Below are positions 31,831-38,668 of a stretch of DNA of 38,668 nucleotides, in pieces. Below the pieces are notes generated by a model that worked only from the letters and a program-made list of their open reading frames with translations, was not told the DNA's origin and searched no databases. Made by a program: the position numbers and the translations under genes. Position 1 is the stretch's first letter. Each line of letters opens with the position of its first letter. Source of the stretch: Nitrososphaeraceae archaeon (lineage in GTDB: Archaea; Thermoproteota; Nitrososphaeria; Nitrososphaerales; Nitrososphaeraceae). The stretch is from contig JBIOZG010000030.1 of assembly GCA_044870765.1 (NCBI GenBank), positions 1 to 38,668 of the forward strand. The letters run 5' to 3'.

Positions 31831-32907
31831 TTAGATAGCTTTGCCTATGCTTTCTTTATATGGAGGTTTCAAAATGCCCTTTTCAGTAATAATTCCTGTT
31901 ATCAATTCTGGAGGTGTTACGTCAAATGCGGGGTTAAAAATCCTAATACCCTTTGGTGCTAGCAGCTTGTTACCCATCTTCATCAATTCATTTTTATCTC
32001 TTTCTTCAATCACTACATCCCCTACCTTACTCGTCAAATCAAAGGTAGAACTTGGTGCGGCAACATAAAATGGAATTTTGTGCCTCTTTGCAAGTGCAGC
32101 TACCTGATAAGTACCAATCTTATTGTATACATGACCACTTTTCAATACTCTATCTGCTCCAACTATTACTCGATTTATTAGACCACTAGACATAAGATGA
32201 CCTACAGCAGTATCAGGAATTAAACTAAAATCTATTCCATAATGATCTAACTCAAAGGCAGTTAATCGGGAGCCTTGCATCACAGGTCTTGTCTCAGTTG
32301 CGATAACACGAATTTTCTTGCCCAAGTCTTTTGCGGCTCTCAGAACGCCCAAAGCTGTACCGTATGAGACCGTTGCAAGCGAACCTGCATTACAATGGGT
32401 AAGTATTACTTCATCCTTACGTATCATTTCTGCTCCTTTCTTTCCTAATTTTTTATTTGTAATAATATCGTCTGTTGCCATATTTTGAGAAGACAGAATA
32501 ATAGAATTTTTTATTTCATTCACACCATTCTTTGAATCTGCCTCCTTCATCACCTGATCAAGAGCCCAAACTAAATTTACTGCAGTAGGTCTTGTTGATC
32601 TGAACCTCTGATAGGCGATTTTAAGGTCCTTCAGTAGAGCCTTCGGAGTTTTTGCCTTACTCGAAATTGCTGCTAATGCCATCCCAAAGGCCGCTGCAAC
32701 GCCAATAGCAGGCGCTCCCCTGACAGCTAATCGTTCTATAGCTCTGGCAACATCCTCGTATTTTTTGTATTTTACATATACCAGTCTGCCTGGTAATTTT
32801 GTTTGATCAATCATTATAACTTGATTGTTTTCCCATCTGACAGTCAAAAGATCCTTGGTTCCGACAATTAATTTGCCATCATTTTTTAGCTTTTTGCTAC
32901 GACGCAT
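31831..32907 (-). CDS. mtnA: S-methyl-5-thioribose-1-phosphate isomerase
   Basis: DQTKLP, VRGAPAIG, RPTAVNL, THCNAGSLAT, ETRP..QG.RLT, NKIGTY, NPAFDVTP. Confidence 0.93.
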   Translation of the reverse strand: MRRSKKLKNDGKLIVGTKDLLTVRWENNQVIMIDQTKLPGRLVYVKYKKYEDVARAIERLAVRGAPAIGVAAAFGMALAAISSKAKTPKALLKDLKIAYQRFRSTRPTAVNLVWALDQVMKEADSKNGVNEIKNSIILSSQNMATDDIITNKKLGKKGAEMIRKDEVILTHCNAGSLATVSYGTALGVLRAAKDLGKKIRVIATETRPVMQGSRLTAFELDHYGIDFSLIPDTAVGHLMSSGLINRVIVGADRVLKSGHVYNKIGTYQVAALAKRHKIPFYVAAPSSTFDLTSKVGDVVIEERDKNELMKMGNKLLAPKGIRIFNPAFDVTPPELITGIITEKGILKPPYKESIGKAI

Positions 32908-33382
32908 TATTGACTTGATGGCAAGTGCTGTCTATAATAATTTACCTTGTTAGATCCATTGTCACCAGAACAGCACGGATCGTCTATTATCTTATTAAAT
33001 TGATATTGACAAATTAATGACCTTGGGTGACCAATATTACCTCCTACAATGGCCAATCTTTCAATCCCGTAATAGCGAACCATAAATAATAGGTACTAAT
33101 AGTTAGCAGATATGTCGTTTATCAGATATCGTATGATGAGATTAAGAAAATTTACCAAAAATAAATTTTATGTGCTCGTCAAATATGTGCTATTTGTCTA
33201 CATAAGTTTCAAAATGAAGATTGGTTGGTACTAATAGGCAAGAGCAATCGAGTAATGTCATTACGCGCATTTAAAATTTAACAGTAACATCCTTAACATT
33301 TCGTCTACTAAATTAAAGTAATTAGGCACAATGATTTTGCAGGAAACTCTATAATCAGTCAAATCAAATAATTAATGCAGAA

Positions 33383-34126
33383 ATGTCAGTTGAAAAAGAA
33401 ATGACTTCCGGTAGAAATAACATTAGCAATTATTCAACTATACCTAATCTGCAAAATGACCTTTTTGATAACATAATCGGTTACGAAGATATAAAAAAAC
33501 TATTCTTCTTGTCCTTTGAGTCACAAAGACCAATACATATTCTACTTGTTGGCCCGCCGGCGTCAGCAAAAACATTATTCATGTTAGGGTGTATGAAACT
33601 CGAACGTTCTTATTTTACGCTAGGTACTCATAGCACAAGATCTGGTATGGTCGACTACTTGTTTGAGAAGCGACCCAGGTTCTTGATTGTTGATGAGATA
33701 GAACACATGTCTATTAGAGATCAGACTGTTCTGCTTAGTCTTATGGAAACTGGAATCATAGCTGAAACAAAATTTATGAAAACTAGGAATACTCAGTTGA
33801 AGACATGGGTTTTTGCCACTGCAAATGGGACCAACCACTTGCTAACTCCATTGCTATCTAGGTTTATGGTACTCCATTTTAAACAATACAAGTTTGAGAA
33901 TTTTTTGGATGTTTCAATTCACCTGCTCGGGAGAGATGGCATCGCAAAGGACATTGCAAATCAAATAGCTGACCAAGTTTGGCACAAGATGAAATCAAAG
34001 GACATTAGGGATTGTATAAAGATCGCACACCTTGCTAAAACCAAGGACGATGTAAATTTCATTGTAGAAACTCTTCTACGGTATGGTAAGACATCCAATA
34101 GTACTGCCGATAAGAAACAGTCGTAG
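33383..34126 (+). CDS. Small AAA+ ATPase (MCM/RuvB-like)
   Basis: HILLVGPPASAKT Walker A, LIVDEIE Walker B, ATAN sensor 1, LLSRF Arg finger. Confidence 0.85.
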   Translation: MSVEKEMTSGRNNISNYSTIPNLQNDLFDNIIGYEDIKKLFFLSFESQRPIHILLVGPPASAKTLFMLGCMKLERSYFTLGTHSTRSGMVDYLFEKRPRFLIVDEIEHMSIRDQTVLLSLMETGIIAETKFMKTRNTQLKTWVFATANGTNHLLTPLLSRFMVLHFKQYKFENFLDVSIHLLGRDGIAKDIANQIADQVWHKMKSKDIRDCIKIAHLAKTKDDVNFIVETLLRYGKTSNSTADKKQS

Positions 34127-34255
34127 TACTTGATTTTTGATTACTATTGCACGTTAGTAGTCCATTTGTTAAACTTTCCCAGTAATCGAAGGTTTTAGCA
34201 GAATTGTACTCGCTTGCTTGTTTTATGTATGTACATCATTGGATTGAATAGAGAT

Positions 34256-34879
34256 CTAAAAATCAAAACCGCCACCATCAAAACCGCCACCATCAAAACC
34301 GCCACCATCGCTTCCTACATCTTGAGAATCTGCACCGGAACTTTCAGAACTACTATCACTAGCCCCATTTGTGTTATCTGCACTTCCACTATTGTCTGCA
34401 TTTCCGCCATCTTGAGCTAAAGAACTTTCCATAGGATTTAACCCTAGTCCCAATAAAGACATCATGGAAGTGAAAAACAGAATATCCATTATCCCTGCAA
34501 ACAACATCATCGGTACCCATGATCTATTGGAAACCATAAACGAGTCAAGCTGTGATTTGTCTCCATTATTGTAATACTGCTGTATTTCTTGAACCTTCTC
34601 CTGTAATTCCTTTTTCTTGTTGCCAAGAAGACTCATGCCGGTTTCTGTTATTTTCAATTCATTTTTTTTCCTACCAAAGAAACTTCTCTTCTCATTCATC
34701 ATTACTAATCTTTGAAAAACAAGATCATTGACTATTATTTCAACTTCAGATTTATTTAACTTAGAAACGCCAGAAATCTTGTCGACATTATTCATTCCTC
34801 TTGCAATCGCATCCAGAACTATGAAATGATTAGGACTTTCTCGAATATTAACTTCACTTGACATGTCGAATTTATTCAC
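34256..34879 (-). CDS. Winged-helix membrane protein with Gly/Asp/Phe-repeat tail
   Basis: wHTH-like N-terminus, hydrophobic segment WVPMMLFAGIMDILFF..., (DGGGF)x3 tail. Confidence 0.8.
   Translation of the reverse strand: MNKFDMSSEVNIRESPNHFIVLDAIARGMNNVDKISGVSKLNKSEVEIIVNDLVFQRLVMMNEKRSFFGRKKNELKITETGMSLLGNKKKELQEKVQEIQQYYNNGDKSQLDSFMVSNRSWVPMMLFAGIMDILFFTSMMSLLGLGLNPMESSLAQDGGNADNSGSADNTNGASDSSSESSGADSQDVGSDGGGFDGGGFDGGGFDF
34262..34309. repeat. 15-bp tandem repeat x3, coding DGGGF on minus strand
   Basis: atcaaaaccgccacc repeated three times. Confidence 0.95.
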
Positions 34880-35030
34880 CTGAGTTTACTTAAATGATTC
34901 GTTTTTGACAAAATTTAGTTAGAATCCCAAGTGCAGACAGACTCAGAACTTTGTAAATTCCCCTCTTGTATTGAGTTTTTATTCAACAAATTAAAAAGTT
35001 TAAAATTATTAATCACAAGAAATTACACAA

Positions 35031-35417
35031 TTGGCTGGAGCCGACAGTTTCGGAGTCGAAAATGGGATGGGCTTTAGAGCTGTAGAATGGATGAATTCAT
35101 ATTCAGTAGAGAAAAAAAAGGAATTTAAAGCAAAACTTGAAGGTTACCGGATCTCATCAAAAAACTTTGGTGATTTTGAAATAATCTCATGGAGCGGTGA
35201 TTGGTCTGACGCACGGAAAATAATAGTTAAGGCAAGCACCAAATTAAGTATGAAGGTTTTAGAATCGGGTTACCATCAAAAAGATACTCTCTTGTTTTCT
35301 CTTTTCGGCTTAGGGAAGGAATTTGCTAAAGTATACAAAAAGGGTAACTATATTGGAACGATTGTGTTGGGGATTCGTTCGGGAAAATGGTATGTAAAAT
35401 CAGAAAAACTTGGATGA
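35031..35417 (+). CDS. Hypothetical protein
   Basis: 128-aa ORF with typical composition and no competing ORF. Confidence 0.75.
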   Translation: MAGADSFGVENGMGFRAVEWMNSYSVEKKKEFKAKLEGYRISSKNFGDFEIISWSGDWSDARKIIVKASTKLSMKVLESGYHQKDTLLFSLFGLGKEFAKVYKKGNYIGTIVLGIRSGKWYVKSEKLG

Positions 35418-35498
35418 CATCATTTTAACTTACTTTAGAAAAATCAGAACAGGAATGTTGAGAAAGTATTTGCCTCTTGATACTACTAGTCAGTAACG

Positions 35499-36785
35499 TC
35501 ATTTCCTAAATAGAAAGTCGCAAAAACTTTTTCCAGCAACTCTCACACACTCGTCATAAAGTTCTTCCGGGGAATTGCCATTTCCATTTTGGGACGGCGG
35601 CAGTCTGTTAGGGAAATCATTAAGTGATGAATCAATCTTGTCTGGGCTAGGTCTTTCTCCCAACACTAGGTCCAATTCTCTGATGGTATTGTCTCTTAGG
35701 ATAGTTAGATGAACCTTATCTCCCACATGTTTTTGGCTTTCAAGATAAGCCAATATATCATCAATCTTGGTTACGTCTCTATTATCGATTTTTAATATAA
35801 TGTCCCCTCCTACATCAAAATCTCTTCCGTTAAGCGTCTTTGTAGTTGTTCCTGCACGCAAATCAGCTTTCTCGGCTGGACTCCCTTTTGTGATACTCGT
35901 TATTAGGAATCCTTTTGTCTGAGTCAACCCAATTTGCTTGGCCAAATCAGGGGTAAGGCTAAGCCCAATTATTCCAATGTATGGATGACGGTATGAACCA
36001 GTTTGGATGAGCGATTGTGCAACTTTGCTTATGGTATTAGAAGGAATTGCAAATCCTACTCCAGAATAGACACCAGTGTTCGAAAAAATTGCTGTATTAA
36101 TTCCTATCACTCTGCCTTGAGTATCAATGAGGGGACCACCGGAATTTCCAGGATTGATGGCTGCATCCGTTTGTATGATATTTGGAATAGAGAACGATGA
36201 TGTAGTTCCTAAATTCTCCCCATTCTCATTTGATGGTAATAACCTCCCTAAGCCACTCACTATTCCCACAGTCATTGAACCAGAGAGTCCAAATGGGTTC
36301 CCAATTGCAACAACTGTTTCTCCAATTCTCAGATTGGTCGAATTAGCCAGAGGAAGTGGCGTTAATTTGTCAGAGGTGATATTTTTTACCTTAATCACGG
36401 CCAAATCTGCAAATTGGTCAAATCCAACCAACTCCGCAGAATAAACATTACCATCTAGGAAACTAACCTGTAGTTCATCATTATTATTAGAACCTGGCAC
36501 TACTACATGATAGTTTGTAATAACATGACCGTCCTTATCGTATACAAATCCAGATCCAAGACGAGATCCTAATTCGTTAGAATTATCTTGCTCAGTTACC
36601 TGCACTACTGATTTTTCGACTTTAGTAAATAGATCAGGTAAAGACATAGAATCAGTATTGGTTGAGTTATCAACCGGAGGTATTTGCGCTAACACATGCT
36701 CCCTAGAAGTATTGGAAATCTGATTACCTATAAGTGCAATTAAGAGCAACAATGAAAATAAAACTAATAATTTCTTCGCATTCAT
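35499..36785 (-). CDS. htrA: HtrA/DegP-like trypsin serine protease with PDZ domain
   Basis: GSGF, TNYHVV, DLAVIK, QTDAAINPGNSGGPL, PDZ; N-terminal signal/TM. Confidence 0.95.
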   Translation of the reverse strand: MNAKKLLVLFSLLLLIALIGNQISNTSREHVLAQIPPVDNSTNTDSMSLPDLFTKVEKSVVQVTEQDNSNELGSRLGSGFVYDKDGHVITNYHVVVPGSNNNDELQVSFLDGNVYSAELVGFDQFADLAVIKVKNITSDKLTPLPLANSTNLRIGETVVAIGNPFGLSGSMTVGIVSGLGRLLPSNENGENLGTTSSFSIPNIIQTDAAINPGNSGGPLIDTQGRVIGINTAIFSNTGVYSGVGFAIPSNTISKVAQSLIQTGSYRHPYIGIIGLSLTPDLAKQIGLTQTKGFLITSITKGSPAEKADLRAGTTTKTLNGRDFDVGGDIILKIDNRDVTKIDDILAYLESQKHVGDKVHLTILRDNTIRELDLVLGERPSPDKIDSSLNDFPNRLPPSQNGNGNSPEELYDECVRVAGKSFCDFLFRK

Positions 36786-37057
36786 TTTCTTAATATTATC
36801 TAAGTATTAACAATCCTATATTTTAATTATAGTTATTTCATAATCTGGCAGAATTAGTATCTTTCAATTAATAACGCACAAATTTTTTCCCTTATTCAGA
36901 CGCCTATGGCAATTATATACAAACTTTACAATGGCCTGGTGGTCGCTACATATAACAATTTCATCTCATCATTAATCTAATTTCTTTTACCACTAATCGA
37001 TGTATTGTTCGGTACAAATCGATACAATGAAATTCAGGTACCATCTATATCAATGAT

Positions 37058-37396
37058 ATGACAAAGGATGAATCCCAGATGACATTTTTGAAATACAAGA
37101 ATCTGAACGACATGTTGAAAGTGATACTGTTTTCCTCGCAGTCTGCCTTAGGCTTGACTCCAATGCTTTATCACATAAAATACAAGGAAAAAGAAATTCT
37201 CTTTATTGAAACCGGTGCCCTTGGAGGTGCGTTAGTTCATTACATTGTTGAAAAAGGTCAGCCAAGCAAGAAATTTATTGAATTGAGGCAACTAACAGGT
37301 GAATATAATTTCGTTGAAAAGATAGGAAATGATACACACTCAATTTACATTCCAATATTAGAACTGGACAGCACGTCCATTGAATTTCCAATTTAA
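37058..37396 (+). CDS. Hypothetical protein
   Basis: 112-aa ORF ending IPILEL...FPI. Confidence 0.75.
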   Translation: MTKDESQMTFLKYKNLNDMLKVILFSSQSALGLTPMLYHIKYKEKEILFIETGALGGALVHYIVEKGQPSKKFIELRQLTGEYNFVEKIGNDTHSIYIPILELDSTSIEFPI

Positions 37397-37800
37397 AGGT
37401 GCACGAATACATATAGTATCGCATTAGAATTTTTCCGTTAGGAAACCGGATACAGTCATCCTTTTCTTTCATTTTATTTTCAATGATTCCAATTATAATG
37501 TTTAGAAATATTCTCTAGCTGCATCAGTTCTTTATTACTATTTTAAGTAACGTGGATGTCATGATTAAGATTTACTATAACTCTCCTGGAAGAAAACAAT
37601 GCAGATATTCTTTTTTCGCTGGTTTTTAGAGATCAATAATATACCACTTTAATCACAGGGTCTGCAGGACATATCAATTCTTGTTTGATTTTTATGATAG
37701 TGTAGTTAAGTTTTTGAATTTTTATACCCACTACAGGTATACTGTGTAATGTTTTGGCTAAATCGGATGTTTTAAAAATACCCAATTAGATTATTAGTGT

Positions 37801-38130
37801 ATGACAGACGAAAGGTTATCTCAATTTTTGAGGGAAGGGAAAAATTGGGAGAGAAAAGCAACCAGTATCTCGGGGGTATTTTTAATTAAACTGCCAGAAT
37901 ACAAAAGCAGGCCACCTTACATAGCAATGGAAATTAATCCTGTTGACTCAACGGGGGCAGCAACAAAAAAACGAGGTATATTAATCAAATCTAGTTCTGA
38001 ACTAGAACAAATAAGTAATATTCTCACAAATGCCAAAATTGTTCATCTCGCCACAAGATTAGATGAAGTCAATCCAGAAAAAAAATCAAGAGCACCCCAA
38101 TCAACTGAAACAGACGTATTTGAAATTTGA
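37801..38130 (+). CDS. Hypothetical protein
   Basis: 109-aa ORF, WERKATSISGVFLIKLP...EINPVD..G..TKKRG. Confidence 0.8.
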   Translation: MTDERLSQFLREGKNWERKATSISGVFLIKLPEYKSRPPYIAMEINPVDSTGAATKKRGILIKSSSELEQISNILTNAKIVHLATRLDEVNPEKKSRAPQSTETDVFEI

Positions 38131-38246
38131 ATACCAAGCAATAGACATCAAAAAAATCGCACCAAATCAAAACCAATTCAATTTGTTAAACGCTTGTTAC
38201 AAAATAGTTGCTTAAGAATAATCCAAATGTCGTTAAGCGACCTTGA

Positions 38247-38668
38247 ATGAACATGAGTTACTTTAATCATCCTCTTCTTAGGAAAAATTTCCTGCGTTTT
38301 AGGGAGTATCAAGAAATTATTTCCAATTCAGCTTTGAATAAGAACACTTTGGTTATCCTCCCCACAGCATTAGGAAAGACAATCATATCTTTGCTTGTAT
38401 CAGTCAATATACTGTATAATTATAAAGAGAAGAGAATCCTAATATTGGCGCCGACTAGACCACTTGTGAACCAGCACTGGGACTCATTTATATCCAATAT
38501 AAAATTACTTGACGAACAAACTGTCGTTGTTACTGGAAAAATACCACCGCATGCGAGAACAATTGTGTGGAATAATAAGACGATAAGACTTTTTTTCTCT
38601 ACTCCAGAGGTAGTAAAAAACGACATTATTGGCAAAAGACTTTCACTTGTAGATTTTTTTTTGGTAGT
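38247..38668 (+). CDS. hef: Hef/FANCM-like DEAD/DEAH helicase, N-terminal part (runs off window)
   Basis: MNMSYFNHPLL...REYQ...NTLVILPTALGKT...ILAPTRPLVNQH...FSTPEVVKND. Confidence 0.9.
   Translation, partial: MNMSYFNHPLLRKNFLRFREYQEIISNSALNKNTLVILPTALGKTIISLLVSVNILYNYKEKRILILAPTRPLVNQHWDSFISNIKLLDEQTVVVTGKIPPHARTIVWNNKTIRLFFSTPEVVKNDIIGKRLSLVDFFLV

Noticed and set aside
28947-33383. Integrated element bounded by a tRNA att duplication
   Set aside because: No repeat of the tRNA 3' end and no integrase seen
34214-34420. ORF with IKTAT repeats
   Set aside because: Reverse-strand reading of the DGGGF coding repeat
37275-37472. 65-aa minus-strand ORF
   Set aside because: Overlaps the 37058-37396 gene in antisense and has no motif
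38420-38635. 71-aa minus-strand ORF
   Set aside because: Antisense to the Hef helicase on the plus strand

Overview
AT-rich archaeal chromosomal window. Gene content (Dph2, Topo VI, AcnX-type phosphomevalonate dehydratase, archaeal TyrRS, stand-alone receiver domains, many TTG starts) points to an ammonia-oxidising archaeon of the Nitrososphaerales, Nitrosocosmicus-like. It is mostly housekeeping genes (guaB, folP, dph2, tRNA thiolase, hemD, tyrS, top6B/A, mtnA, htrA, hef) interspersed with small accessory genes. Features missing from the ORF track: the 3' part of a repeat-containing surface protein (1-434), a 59-aa DUF1059 gene (2566-2745), the SRP (7S) RNA (10710-11028, minus), an intron-containing tRNA (28845-28947), the start of a Hef helicase (38247 to window end) and probable pseudogene remnants. 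The most unusual signals are: (i) two decayed copies of the same protein-coding gene tail, resembling a terminase-like C-terminus, bracketing a DUF1326 gene like a cassette; (ii) a tRNA whose intron can be read to give either an Ala(UGC) or a Val(GAC) anticodon; (iii) a DUF59 + PqqD/RRE-like fusion; (iv) a divergent Topo VI pair; (v) three GC-rich structured intergenic elements. No CRISPR array, rRNA or transposase/integrase was seen. Family calls come from motif recognition, not database searches.
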